Assembly (NCBI RefSeq): GCF_964204645.1
Contig: NC_134029.1
Coordinates: 744,001 to 808,000, forward strand
Length of the DNA stretch: 64,000 bases
Direction of reading: 5' to 3'
Origin: Tubulanus polymorphus
Taxonomy: Eukaryota > Animalia > Nemertea
Each line of letters begins with the position of its first letter. Position 1 is the first letter of the stretch. Shown piece after piece: positions 37,901 through 51,038 of this stretch. The translations under genes and the position numbers were made by a program. The notes under the pieces are model-generated. The model did not search any database, was not told the DNA's origin, and saw nothing but the letters and a program-made list of their open reading frames with translations.

Positions 37901-40900
37901 GTGAATTTAGAATTGTGCAAGAAAACGACCGTTCTTTTTACCTGTCCGTAATATTTATTATTGAGAAGATTATCTTGAGAATTGACGGGCTACGAACGAA
38001 AGCAGAGCAAAATCAAACACGAGTTTCGTGATATATACAATCGAGAAATCTGTGAGGGATGAGTTTTTACACACCTGTACAGAACCACCGTGTCTGTCGG
38101 TTAATGGATTTAACTGATTGCCTCCTCCACCTCCTCTCTGAGGTTCGGCCCAAGCTGTACCTCTCGCGGCTGGATTGTTCGCGTTCATCTACAAATTAAA
38201 CAATTCATCGATCGTTATAAATTACTTCATCCCACGTTCTTACAGATATTTCCCCGACGCTTGATAAAAACGTCCCTGATTAGAATATAAGATATATCCT
38301 CAGTGGGGCGGTTCTTTTTTTAAGTGGTTCCTCGTTAAAAATTCTCTGACTATTTTCTGATTTCCAAGATAAGTCATAATTTAATGTTAAAGAATGTTCA
38401 AGTAAAGAGTCATAATTCCCTGATCTTAAAGAAACCTGTTTATAAATAGCCCTTAAATATCACAGAATTGGACAAGGCCGATTACTCATATTTCTCTTTA
38501 GAGCAATGAAATAAAATGTCGAATGATAAAAATTTGCATAAAGCCACAGTTAAGAGATAAATACAACAGGTGATATTCAAACAACTGGGTCATGATTATT
38601 TCACTAAGTGGAAATTTAAAAACTATTCATTGTGTCATAAAGAGGCGTAAAGTGGCAAACCTTTCCGGGATGACGAACTCGATTTCTATCTGTGTTTGGT
38701 GACAATGCGTCAGGGGCTGCGACGGATCCCGGAGTAGACTGCAATAAAATTCAAATATACCATTATAAGAGAGTGAGTGAGGGGTATGAGTGGAGTGAGC
38801 GAGGGGTATGAGTGGAATGAGCGAGGGGTATGAGTGGAGTGAGCGAGGGTGGGGTGAGGGGTCCACCGTTCAAAATAAACCCCTGGAATAACAAAAGAAA
38901 TTCCAGAAATATCGACCACCAAAATATTACACAGTTATCTTGATAAGGGACTGAATAACTGAACCATGAACGGGGCCGAATAATTCTAATATCGGTCGAT
39001 GAGTCTAAAAACACTGTTTTTATCTCTTTATCTTCAGCCGTTAAAATTCATGACATTTTAATGATTATTTTCAACACAATAGAATCAGATATCATATTAT
39101 TGTCTTGTAAGGTTATATTTATCACTGATATCAAAATGAAATGACGTGTTTTTGAGTACATTAAATAAATAGTCGATCTACATTTCTGTGTACAGGGTGT
39201 TTTTAAGCTGTAGGTAAAGAAATATCATTCATCGTCATATAATAATCTCTGATAAATTCACGTCTAATAATAAATATAACAAGTACAACATCTACGAAAC
39301 ACCAGTACATACTGCTGGAAGCTATTAGCACCTGTTTACAGAACTGCAGGGGGCTGGCGAGTGAGGGGCTAATATACGTACCATTTGACGACCGGTCCAA
39401 TCAAATTCCCAATCAGAATCCCAGCCTTTCTTCTCCATCAGATCTTGGAATAACTTCCGAAGATAGTCGTAATCTGGCGTTTCGAAAAAATCTAAACTTC
39501 GGACATATTTGAGATATCTCGCGAGTTCTTCTGTAATAATATCAATTCAATGATAGTTGTGCAGTTCTAATTCATCAAGGGATAGTGAGTCAAGGGGTTT
39601 GTAGTACTAGTATGTACATGGTTAAACTCACTTTACGAGTTTTTTCTGAGGGTCGGACGTCCTATGGCTTGTACAGGTTTTATCAACGTTAAAAGGTTTT
39701 TTATGATTTGTGTGTCAAAACCAATCAGAACATATTTGTTTACATCAGGTGACCAGCTTTAGACCAATGAGAAGCTAGGGTTTCGAGCCATGTGCTAACC
39801 CTAGGTTGGATCTATTTGTAAATATCAGGTGACCAGCTCTTGACCAATCAGAAGCTAGGGTTAGGGTTATTGTTATGCAGATTCATTGACCAGCTATAGA
39901 CTCATTTGCATAAAGTGCCAGCTCTAGACCAATGACAGGTTAGGGTCAGGGTCACAGTGATTGAGTGACCAGCTATAGTCTCATTCATAATACTCTCTGC
40001 CATACACAACTACTATGATAATTGTTTACAATATTAAAATCCCTCAGTTTACCACCCAGTTTAATGGGTGTGAAGTGTGAAACCATCTCTGGCAGGTGAC
40101 TCTAGTAAGAGATTATTTACCTGGAAATCCTTCACATAATACTTCTATTGGTGTCGCTCTTTTGGTATCACCGATCTTTTGATAACGTTCTTTAAGGTTA
40201 TCAGCTTTTAAGCCTTGCCATGGTAAACTGCCCCGCAGGAAATACATAAACATGTGACCTAACGCTTCCAAGTCGTCTCGGCGACTTTGTTCTGAAATCA
40301 ATTATAACACACATATATTACATATACTCATGCGATTTCATGCTGAAGACTCAGTTCCACAGTTCTGGATCCAGTTCCTCAGTTCTGAACCCAGTTCAAC
40401 AGTTCTGGACTCAGTTCCACAGTTCTGGATCCAGTTCCTCAGTTCTGAACCCAGTTCAACAGTTCTGAACCCAGTTCAACAGTTCTGAACCCAGTTCAAC
40501 AGTTCTACCCCAGTTCCAAAGTTCTGAACCCAGTTCAACAGTTCTACCCCAGTTCCAAAGTTCTGAACCCAGTTCAACAGTTCTGGACTCAGTTCAACAG
40601 TTCTACCCCAGTTCCAAAGTTCTGAACCCAGTTCAACAGTTCTGGACTCAGTTCAACAGTTCTACCCCAGTTCCACAGTTCTACCCCAGTTCCACAATTC
40701 TGAACCCAGTTCAACAGTTCTGAACCCAGTTCAACAGTTCTACCCCAGTTCCACAGTTCTACCCCAGTTCCACAGTTCTACCCCAGTTTCACAGTTCTGA
40801 ACCCAGTTCAACAGTTCTGGACTCAGTTCCACAGTTCTGAACCCAGTTCCACAGTTCTACCCCAGTTCCACAGTTCTGAACCCAGTTCAACAGTTCTGGA

Positions 40901-43900
40901 CTCAGTTCCACAGTTCTACCCCAGTTCCACAGTTCTACCCCAGTTCCACAGTTCTACCCCAGTTTCACAGTTCTGAACCCAGTTCAACAGTTCTGGACTC
41001 AGTTCCACAGTTCTGAACCCAGTTCCACAGTTCTACCCCAGTTCCACAGTTCTGAACCCAGTTCAACAGTTCTGGACTCAGTTCCACAGTTCTACCCCAG
41101 TTCCACAGTTCTGAACCCAGTTCAAGATTATTTTGATTCATGATTAAGTATATGAGATTTAGATTGATTGATGCATGACGCAAGTCTTTATACAATCAGT
41201 AGAGTGTGAGAGGGGAACTAGATTCCACCGGTAGAACGAACTGTAAGATGATAACCAGGACCTGTGGTTTATATCAGAAATATGTGAGACATCTCATAAG
41301 AATGAGCAGTAGTGCCTACTGAGTGATTAGTGCATCTGACACTGAATAAAGGCTCAGACTGCGATGATGAAATGAAGGTTTAGACTTTGATGAATTGAAT
41401 CTGGTTCAGATGTTTGATTAGTTTCAGTTTGTCTACAGTAAATATCACATACTGGACTCAGTGCACCATCATAGAGACACACTAGTAACCACCAGGCACG
41501 TATGACATTTCAACCATCTATCTATCTATCTGACATCCCAGGTGCAACGATGACTTCACTAACTATTCATATCGAACTTCTCAGAAGGTTAATACCACGG
41601 TCAGTCTCTGAGCGGCTGCTGCAGATAATTCACATGCAGCGGTGCGCGAAGGATGGACCGTCAATGAGACAGGGTTTTTACTTTCGACGACCTCTGATAA
41701 TCAACGTAATGTTGAGCGTTATAAACACAGGGCGAGGTCAACATTCTCAACATCGAGACAATTGAACAATGATCGAAATTAAGGGTGATACGTACCTTTA
41801 CCTAAATGTGTATTGATACTCATATATCGTGCTGTACCAGTTAAACTCTTATGTTCCCGGTACGGTATATGTTTACTAGTCTCTGGATCTATATATTCTT
41901 TCGCCAGACCGAAATCGATTATATGAATTATATGTTGTTTTTTATTAGATTGCCGGCCTATTAAAAAGTTCTCTGGTTTTACATCTCGGTATATAAGATG
42001 TTTGGAATGCACATATTCCATACGAGTTAACTGAAAAATATAATCATAGAAAACAACATCAGAGAGGACAGGTTTACAGTAGAACCAACTTCATTTAGGA
42101 GTGATATCTGAGTTGGATGATACAGTAGACTCCGCTCAAGTCTGATCTTTTGACTTGAGAGTGATATCTGAGTTGGTCGGTATAGTAGACTCCGCTCAAG
42201 TCTGATCTTTTGACTTGAGAGTGATATCTGAGTTGGATGATACAGTAGACTCCGCTCAAGTCTGATCTTTTGACTTGAGAGTGATATCTGAGTTGGATGG
42301 TACAGTAGACTCCGCTCAAGTCTGATCTTTTGACTTGAGAGTGATATCTGAGTTGGATGATACAGTAGACTCCGCTCAAGTCTGATCTTTTGACTTGAAA
42401 GTGATATCTGAGTTAGATGGTACAGTAAACTCAGCTCAAGTCTGATCTTTTGACTTGAGAGCGATATCTGAGTTGGATGATACAGTAGACTCCGCTCAAG
42501 TCTGATCTTTTGACTTGAGAGTGATATCTGAGTTGGATGATACAGTAGACTCCACTCAAGTCTGATCTTTTGACTTGAGAGTGATATCTGAGTTGGATGG
42601 TACAGTAGACTCCGCTCAAGTCTGATCTTTTGACTTGAGAGTGATATCTGAGTTGGATGATACAGTAGACTCCGCTCAAGTCAGATCTATTGACTTGAGA
42701 GTGATATCTGAGTTGGATGGTACAGTAGACTCCGCTCAAGTCGGATCTTTTGACTTGAGAGCGATATCTGAGTTGGATGGTACAGTAGACTCCGCTCGAG
42801 TCTGATCTTTTGACTTGAGAGCGATATCTGAGTTGGATGGTACAGTAGACTCCGCTCGAGTCTGATCTATAGACTTGAGAGTGATATCTGAGTTGGATGG
42901 TACAGTAGACTCCGCTCAAGTCGGATCTTTTGACTTGAGAGCGATATCTGAGTTGGATGGTACAGTAGACTCCGCTCGAGTCTGATCTATAGACTTGAGA
43001 GTGATATCTGAGTTGGATGGTACAGTAGACTCCGCTCAAGTCTGATCTTTTGACTTGAGAGTGATATCTGAGTTGGATGATACAGTAGACTCCGCTCAAG
43101 TCAGATCTATTGACTTGAGAGTGATATCTGAGTTGGATGGTACAGTAGACTCCGCTCAAGTCGGATCTTTTGACTTGAGAGTGATATCTGAGTTGGATGA
43201 TACAGTAGACTCCGCTCGAGTCTGATCTTTTGACTTGAGAGTGATATCTGAGTTGGATGGTACAGTAGACTCCGCTCGAGTCTGATCTTTTGACTTGAGA
43301 GTGATATCTGAGTTGGATGGTACAGTAGACTCCGCTCAAGTCTGATCTTTTGACTTGAGAGTGATATCCGAGTTGGATGATATAGTAGACTCCGCTCAAG
43401 TCAGATCTTTTGATATGAGAGTGATATCTGAGTTTGATGATACAGTAGACTCCGCTCGAGTCAGATCTTTTGACTTGAGAGTGATATCTGAGTTGGATGA
43501 TACAGTAGACTCCGCTCGAGTCAGATCTTTTGACTTGAGAGTGATATCTGAGTTGGATGGTACAGTAGACTCCGCTCAAGTCAGATCTTTTGACTTGAGA
43601 GTGATATCTGAGTTGGATGGTACAGTAGACTCCGCTCAAGTCAGATCTTTTGACTTGAGAGTGATATCTGAGTTTGATGGTGCAGTAGACTCCGCTCGAG
43701 TCTGATCTTTTGACTTGAGAGTGATATCTGAGTTTGATGATACAGTAGACTCCGCTCAAGTCAGATCTTTTGACTTGAGAGTGATATCTGAGTTGGATGG
43801 TACAGTAGACTCCGCTCAAGTCAGATCTAGAGTTGTATCTCCAACATGAAAATGGTTGAAGGATATCGACACAGTGTGAGTTGATCCGATCACGGAACCA

Positions 43901-46900
43901 CTGCTCATAAATAAACATAACGTGTGTTGTGTTGACTGAGAAAGAAAGTTGTTTATGAAGATTAATGATTTCGCGTGACAAACACAGAGTTTCTTTTTCA
44001 ATTAACACAAATCTTTTCCGACTAGAGTACTGGATTACATACAGCAGGTAGAGTGTCGAGCACTAGCCTCAATTTTACCCGGGTATCCAGGTAGACACTG
44101 CCACAGAAATAAGTCGGTCAAGAGGTTCATTGTATGAAGAGCCTTTAGAAAAACCAAATTCACAACACTTATTAATCTAAATGTAATATAAATATGAAAT
44201 GTTGGGTATAAAGAGCTGATGACACCAGATGTGTACGATCTGATCTATCTCTACCAGCTCAACCTACTCAGTTTCAATAACACACATGTGCACTGTGTAG
44301 GCATATATGTTCGTTCGTTCGTTGTTTGTTGATATTCCAAGAATTCAATCACTTTTTTATTTCATGGAATCTCATCATAAGAGACAGCGTTACAGTACCT
44401 GATACACTGTCAGTACCTGACACAGTACCTGATATACTGTCAGTGCCTGAAACAGTACCTGATATACCGTCAGTACCTGAAACAGTACCTGATATACTGT
44501 CAGTACCTGAAACAGTACCTGATATACTGTCAGTACCTGACATACTGTCAGTACCTGATATACTGTCAGTACCTGAAACAGTACCTGATATACTGTCAGT
44601 ACCTGAAACAGTACCTGATATACTGTCACTACCTGACAAAGTACCTGATATACTGTCAGTACCTGAAACAGTACCTGATATACTTTCAGTACCTGAAACA
44701 GTACCTGATATACTGTCAGTACCTGACACAGTACCTGACACAGTACCTGATATCTGGAACAGAACAACACATGCACGTATAAATAAATACTTACTAATTG
44801 CACAGCAATCATTAACACGGTTTTCAATGAAAACTTTCTATCGCAGAGATCAAATAAATCCTCTAAACTAGGACCGAGCAGTTCTATCACTAATGCATTG
44901 TATTTCCCACATGGTCCGAAATAGAAAACTTGTGGAACTCCTTCTGAAAAATATAAATTATCATTCACAATCATCGCTAACTTAATCACTTACATGATTT
45001 GATCGAGCTTTTATAAAGTAGGGTTATTCACTAAAGGGGTTAATCCATACCCCTCATCACCGGGGCTAGTACCCCCTCCTCACCAGGGCTCTTCCTGCAC
45101 CCCTCCTCACTGGAGCTAGTACCCCCTCCTCACCAGCGCTCCTCACCGGGGCTAGTTCCCCCTCCTCACCAGGGCTCTTCCTGCACCCCTCCTCACCGGG
45201 GCTAGTACCCCTCCTCACCAGGGATCCTCCCACACCCCTATTATGTATGGTATGTCATCAGTAAGATCTGTGATATTGTTGTAGTTGATATTTAGTGATG
45301 ACACTGAATTCAGTGTCATCCATCAATGTTACAGATATTGATCATAGTGAGAGACACTGCACAACTAGACTGACTGCACCTTATACTTATTACTATACCG
45401 AGCCAGTCAATATACCATCTAATACCCAGCCAGTCAATATACCATCTTATACTCGGCCAGTCAATATACCATCTTATACCCAGCCAGTCAATATACCATC
45501 TTATACTCGGCCAGTCAATATACCATCTTATACTCGGCCAGTCAATATACCATCTTATACCCAGCCAGTCAATATACCATCTTATACCCAGCCAGTCAAT
45601 ATACCATCTTATACCCAGCCAGTCAATATACCATCTTATACTCGGCCAGTCAATATACCATCTTATACCCAGCCAGTCAATATACCATCTTATACCCAGC
45701 CAGTCAATATACCATCTTATACCCAGCCAGTCAATATAACATCTTATACCCAGCCAGTCAATATACCATCTTATACTCGGCCAGTCAATATACCATCTTA
45801 TACCCAGCCAGTCAATATACCATCTTATACTCGGAGAGTCAATATACCATCTTATACTCGGCCAGTCAATATACCATCTTATACCCAGCCACTCAATATA
45901 CCATCTTATACCCAGCCAGTCAATATACCATCTTATACTCGGCCAGTCAATATACCATCTTATACCCAGCCACTCAATATACCATCTTATACCCAGCCAG
46001 TCAATATACCATCTTATACTCGGAGAGTCAATATACCATCTTATACTCGGCCAGTCAATATACCATCTTATACCCAGCCACTCAATATACCATCTTATAC
46101 CCAGCCAGTCAATATACCATCTTATACTCGGCCAGTCAATATACCATCTTATACCCAGCCACTCAATATACCATCTTATACCCAGCCAGTCAATATACCA
46201 TCTTATACTCGGCCAGTCATATACGGATTATCTTGAATATCATCAGGAACCCATGTTCTACTGACTAAATGGATTATGTTGCTAATGGTAACAGACTTAA
46301 ACCGACTGACAACAAAACAACCGCCGCCAAATATAGCAATCGTCTGTCCTTCGATCGTGATTTATTGTCAAGGACAGCAGAGAAAACAACATCAATAGTG
46401 AGACAGTTAAGGTTTGGTTTCTACATCGTTGAACTGATTCCAAGTCAAAGTCCTTTGAACTCAATATCAACCATGTTCAAGTTGATATTCCCAAGAGTAG
46501 ATTATAAGAATCTTATTTTTAACTCGAAATATTTGACATTTTGAAACGTGCGTGTAAAAAGCAACTGAATACATAGTAGAAAATCAGGCCTAAAGTCACC
46601 AGCCTACAGTCGCCAGCCTACGGTCGCCAGCCTACGGTCGCCAGCCTACGGTCGCCAGCCTACGGTCACCAGCCTACGGTCACCAGCCTACGGTCACCAG
46701 CCTACGGTCACCAGCCTAAAGTCACCAGCCTAAAGTCACCAGCCTACGGTCGCCAGCCTACGGTCGCCAGCCTACAGTCACCAGCCTACGGTCACCAGCC
46801 TACGGTCACCAGCCTACGGTCGCCAGCATACGGTCGCCAGCATACGGTCGCCAGCCTACGGTCGCCAGCCTACGGTCGCCAGCCTACGGTCGCCAGCCTA

Positions 46901-49702
46901 CGGTCGCCAGCCTACAGTCGCCAGCCTACAGTCACCAGCCTACAGTCACCAGCCTACAGTCACCAGCCTACAGTCACCAGCCTACAGTCACCAGCCATTG
47001 TGAGAACTATTTATAATAAAATCAATCATATTTAAAACTACATCAAACGTAAAATAAAGCTTCAGTTTTTATAAATACATTGATTTCTGTGAGATCTAAA
47101 CACAGTATTAGTTACACACGTCGATGTGACTGACATTCAAGTCCACAATGATGGAACTCAGCAGGATTAGTCCTTGGTTTAGTGATACCCGGACCGGTTA
47201 AAGAACACAATCCCGTCCAACCGCTATCGGTTTAGATTTTACTGAAACACTTGAAATGAACTGATTTCAACTGTAGAGTTAAACTATAGGAAACACCTAT
47301 GTACGGTATTTTTAAGACTATTTTTTTGGAAAGATTGATGATGATGATATTTTTTTTAAGGTAAACAACTGAATTCATGGGAAAAGAGAATGTCACTGAT
47401 TTGTGTAATAGTGAGTCATTAGAGAAGGATGGAGGAACAACCTACGCAACACCCTCCCTCCCTCCCTCCCTCTCTCCTCTCACATTCCAAAAAAACAGCA
47501 GGATGTTATTCATTTCTCCTCACTTTGTGGCTACTCCATATAACAAGCATTCTTAAAAACCCCTCACTTACTCACTGACTGACTACCTCACTGACTGACT
47601 GAATACCTCACTGTCTGACTGACTACCTCACTGACTGACTGACTGACTACCTCACTGACTGACTGAATACCTCACTGTCTGACTGACTACCTCACTGACT
47701 GACTGACTGACTACCTCACTGACTGACTGACTGACTACCTCACTGACTGACTGACTACCTCACTAACTGAATACCTCACTGACTGACTGACTACCTCACT
47801 AACTGACTGACTGACTACCTCACTGACTGACTGACTACCTCACTAACTGAATACCTCACTGACTGACTGACTACCTCACTAACTGACTGACTTACTACCT
47901 CACTGACTGACTGACTACCTCACTTACTGACTGACTGAGGGTCTCATTGACTGGAACTAGAGAACTAAGATAATGACTAGACGACTTTAGAATTTAAAAC
48001 AACTAGAACTAGAATAATGACTAGACGACTTTAGGATAACGACTAGGAGTAGGTTTAAGCGCAACACATTGTAAATATTGATCAGGAAAATAGCAGCAAC
48101 GAGCAAACGAATAAACGAACGAATGTTGTGTTATTCGGAGTAGAGCTTAGTAACAAAACATCAACACACGATGTGTTATATAAATACCACTAAAATCAAT
48201 GAAATATCTCATTTATTTTCAAACAGTTTCGAGATTTTGACTCTTAATCCAATTATAAATCATGATATTTCATCAACAATTACGATGGATTTTGATTCTA
48301 TTTACAAAGTGAGGCACATAACAGAATTGAGTTCATTCCTCAGTTGTGAGTTCAACTCTGAATCAAGATTAGTCGTTTTCCATGGTTTCAACTGAAGTCC
48401 ACTCAGCAGGTCACACCCCTGACCACTGAAAGGTGTCGATGAAGGTCGTGAAATAATAAAGTCTACTGACTGCTTACCTCTTAATTCACCGGCCTGTCCT
48501 AACTGTTTATAAAATCGATATTCCAGATGTAATTGCGGCGCTCTTGATTTCATCGGTTCCAATTTAATCGCAACGTGTTCATTGTTATATAAATTTTTAC
48601 CTGAAAACAAACGAATATTTGAAATTTAGGACAAAATTTACATTCACTTACATCATACCCTACCCTCCTCACAGGTATAGTGCTGGGGGATCCATTAATA
48701 CTCTGAGTCCGTGTGACCCTACCCTCCTCACAGGTATAGTGCTGGGGGATCAATTAATACTCTGAGTCCGTGTGACCCTACCCTCCTCACAGGTATAGTG
48801 CTGGGGGATCCATTAATACTCTGAGTCCGTGTGACCCTACCCTCCTCACAGGTATAGTGCTGGGGGATCCATCAATACTCTGAGTCCGTGTGACCCTACC
48901 CTCCTCACAGGTATAGTGCTGGGGGATCCATTAATACTCTGAGTCCATGTGACCCTACCCTCCTCACAGGTATAGTGCTGGGGGATCCATCAATACTCTG
49001 AGTCCGTGTGACCCTACCCTCCTCACAGGTATAGTGCTGGGGGATCCATCAATACTCTGAGTCCGTGTGACCCTACCCTCCTCACAGGTATAGTGCTGGG
49101 GGATCCATTAATACTCTGAGTCCGTGTGACCCTACCCTCCTCACAGGTATAGTGCTGGGGGATCCATTAATACTCTGAGTCCGTGTGACCCTACCCTCCT
49201 CACAGGTATAATGCTGGGGGATCCATTAATACTCTGAGTCCGTGTGACCCTAAGCTCCATTAATCTGAGTCCGTGTAATGAAGGATTAGATTTCCACACA
49301 AGGAATGAAATGTTTCCTTGAGCTAAGTGTAGTTTATTCAACGATTCGACTTAATCCTAATAGTCATATTCAGGAATTGGAATAGACTACTGATTCTTTC
49401 TTTAGGTGGTAGTTAATGAGGGCTGGGAGGGTCAGCTTGTAATGTAGGGTCTGAAGCCAAGGGTAATAAAGGATTACAACCCAAACTAAACTCTTACCTA
49501 ATCTCAATTCTCCGAAGTTTCCGCAGCCAATTTTCTTGCCGACTCTAAAGTTCGGGCCAACCATTAATATGCCCGTGCTGCCCGGGTTATTAGGGCGGCC
49601 GGCGTGACCGCTGTGCATCCTCTGATTACCACCACTAGCGGCCCGTGAGGTCCGGCGTGTGTCCTCTGAGGTACCACCTCGTTCACGCTTTTGTTCACTC
49701 AT
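33451..49702 (-). CDS. CSNK1G: Casein kinase I gamma (gilgamesh-like). Constitutive exons 49702-49498, 48600-48490 (or 48478), 44943-44795, 42030-41796, 40291-40121, 39530-39382, 38738-38661, 38188-38075; then 36405-36302 OR 36251-36148; optional 35108-35085; terminal 34235-34187 OR 33508-33451; about 455 aa
   Basis: [120 protein letters not shown] and a C-terminal KCC(C)F polybasic tail. All GT-AG phases are consistent. Confidence 0.96.
33903..34149. repeat. 56-bp GC-rich tandem repeat, about 4.4 copies, each with an internal hairpin
   Basis: Period 56 (GGCTAT at 33903, 33959, 34015). Internal GGCAGGTAGTGTG-GAT-CGCACTATCCTGTC. Confidence 0.95.
34187..34235 (-). CDS. CSNK1G: CK1-gamma proximal terminal exon, (K)[15 protein letters not shown]
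   Basis: Strong polypyrimidine tract ending ttcacag|, phase 2, Cys-Cys-Phe-Phe polybasic tail. Confidence 0.88.
35085..35108 (-). CDS. CSNK1G: CK1-gamma 24-nt cassette microexon, [11 protein letters not shown]
   Basis: tttcag|A TGC TCA AAG TGT CTC GTG GCA AC|gtgagt. Phase 2-2 and frame-preserving between exon A/B and either terminal exon. Confidence 0.7.
36148..36251 (-). CDS. CSNK1G: CK1-gamma mutually exclusive exon B ([35 protein letters not shown])
   Basis: 104 nt, phase 0-2, ctgtag| acceptor and |gtatgt donor. Carries the canonical CK1-gamma [13 protein letters not shown] motif. Confidence 0.9.
36302..36405 (-). CDS. CSNK1G: CK1-gamma mutually exclusive exon A ([35 protein letters not shown])
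   Basis: 104 nt, phase 0-2, tacag| acceptor and |gtatga donor. Paralogous to exon B. Confidence 0.85.
36813..37620. repeat. Complex minisatellite built from CTACAGTAG / CCTACTTACGTAG / TTCCA modules
   Basis: About 800 bp of shuffled short modules in the CK1-gamma intron upstream of the duplicated exons. Confidence 0.95.
38772..38850. repeat. 22-bp tandem repeat (GAGCGAGGGGTATGAGTGGAGT), about 3 copies
   Basis: Direct inspection. Confidence 0.85.
40348..41124. repeat. 19-20-bp minisatellite (CAGTTCCACAGTTCTGAACC variants), about 39 copies
   Basis: Tandem units starting CAGTTC(C/A)ACAGTTCT. Confidence 0.97.
42098..43828. repeat. 60-bp minisatellite, about 29 highly similar copies
   Basis: Unit TACAGTAGACTCCGCTCAAGTCTGATCTTTTGACTTGAGAGTGATATCTGAGTTGGATG(A/G); successive 60-nt lines are nearly identical. 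Confidence 0.99.
44392..44753. repeat. 18+12-bp composite minisatellite (CAGTACCTGATATACTGT / CAGTACCTGAAA)
   Basis: Direct inspection. Explains the ORFs at 44326..44871 and 44349..44741. Confidence 0.97.
45049..45238. repeat. C-rich degenerate tandem repeat (CCCCTCCTCACCGGGGCTAGTA-like)
   Basis: Direct inspection. Confidence 0.85.
45392..46219. repeat. 27-bp minisatellite, about 30 copies
   Basis: Unit GCCAGTCAATATACCATCTTATAC(CCA/TCG). Explains the 313-aa [12 protein letters not shown]. Confidence 0.98.
46588..46996. repeat. 14-bp minisatellite (CAGCCTACGGTC(G/A)C), about 29 copies
   Basis: Direct inspection. Confidence 0.97.
47562..47937. repeat. (CTGA)n-CTACCTCA compound microsatellite
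   Basis: Direct inspection. Confidence 0.95.
48657..49275. repeat. 59-bp minisatellite, about 10 copies
   Basis: Unit TACCCTCCTCACAGGTATAGTGCTGGGGGATCCATTAATACTCTGAGTCCGTGTGACCC. Confidence 0.98.
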
Positions 49703-50559
49703 TTGTATTTAGGGGGTGGGATTTACTTCACCGTTTATCCAAAAGAACGTTCATTATCATCCGAGCGTTTAACTGTTCAACACTTCACACTATACCAATC
49801 ACTAAATAAATCCTCTAGCTCTCAATAAATCCTCTTCTTTCAGCTTAAAATATGAAAATCTACAATAAAAATGATATATTTGTTAATTGTTTACTTACTG
49901 ACTAAAAATAGGCTGTTACTGACTAAACCGCAGTCGTTCAACTGACTAAAAAAGGTACACAACTTCTTAATAAATTAATTCGTCTTAAAATCCAAAATAG
50001 TCCAAGACAAGTATCGACATAAGTCATTTCCTACGACATATAAAATAAAGGGGTGGCTAAAAACCTGAAATAAACAGTATTCTTAACCTTAACCATCATA
50101 ACTATTTTCTATGATCAACATCCAAAATAATAACAAACAACAAACACTGAAGATGAACTGTGATTTGTTTGTGAAGTGAAGGAAGGACGAGTTTTTTCTC
50201 CTCCCAAAAACCGGTTCTTTTTTGGAACTAAAAATGCTACCTAGAAAAAAGTAAACATAATCAGGGGTCGAGGAAAGAGGTGAGACTGAGAGAGACACAC
50301 CGGTAAATAAACACTAGCGATTCATCTAATCATCCGCGGGTCCAGAACAGTTTTTACTCCATGAAATTTTAGTCCGTTTTTTCGTCGAAGGAGCGGCGAA
50401 TCACATCACAAGATTCCGAAAATTAATCCGCATCGGCAGAAAAGTGGATATCAACCGCGATTCGATCAATTATCGAGACATTGAAACAGTATAGATCGAA
50501 TCGTTGAAATATTTACCCGTTATTGTCGAATATACAGGATCTTGAATGAGATAATATTT

Positions 50560-51038
50560 AGAACTATTTGTGCAAATTTCAGGAAGTGTATCGCCGCCAT
50601 CGAAACCACTGCGCATGATCGGAAGTGATAAACTCTCGATTTACCGTAAATCAGTCGTGATCTGATAATGTCGTAAATCATACAAATTTTCCAAAAAATA
50701 ACTTAACTGTTCCTCAAGCAGACGATTAAAAACTGATCGATTTTACAAATATTGCAATATTTCAGTCGTGGTAGGATTTGAACTGAGCCGGAGCAGGTGC
50801 GAGTGTGAAGAAACAAACACTTCATAGGTGGCAGCACTAGCTAGTGACCAGCTGCACCCGCGAATATTCCCATATTACAATCCTCTAAATAGATACTTGG
50901 TCCGTTATACAGCTATAGCTATTGCCCGAGAGCTTTTCAAAATAGATTTATATTTTTATCTACGAATATGATAATAAAATATGATTTCCGAAGAAAATAC
51001 TGTTTCATCGTTTCATCAACGAATTACATATAAACAAC
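50560..51038. promoter_or_regulatory. Putative bidirectional promoter shared by CSNK1G (-) and VPS33B (+)
   Basis: Head-to-head genes. CK1-gamma appears to have a non-coding first exon (candidate donor near 50516, acceptor at 49860). GGAAGT (ETS) twice, GCCGCCAT (YY1-like) and TGCGCATG (NRF1-like) lie within 50581-50627. Confidence 0.55.

Noticed and set aside
39312-39331. Possible extra small CK1-gamma exon
   Set aside because: It would need a ~50-nt intron and is not frame-compatible with the next exon.
42431-44008. 525-aa repetitive ORF ([20 protein letters not shown])n
   Set aside because: It is the translation of a 60-bp intronic minisatellite whose unit is a multiple of 3 and lacks stops in one frame. 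It has no ATG start and no domain.
45295-46236. 313-aa (PVNIPSYTQ)n ORF
   Set aside because: 27-bp minisatellite antisense within a CK1-gamma intron; an open frame is expected by chance.
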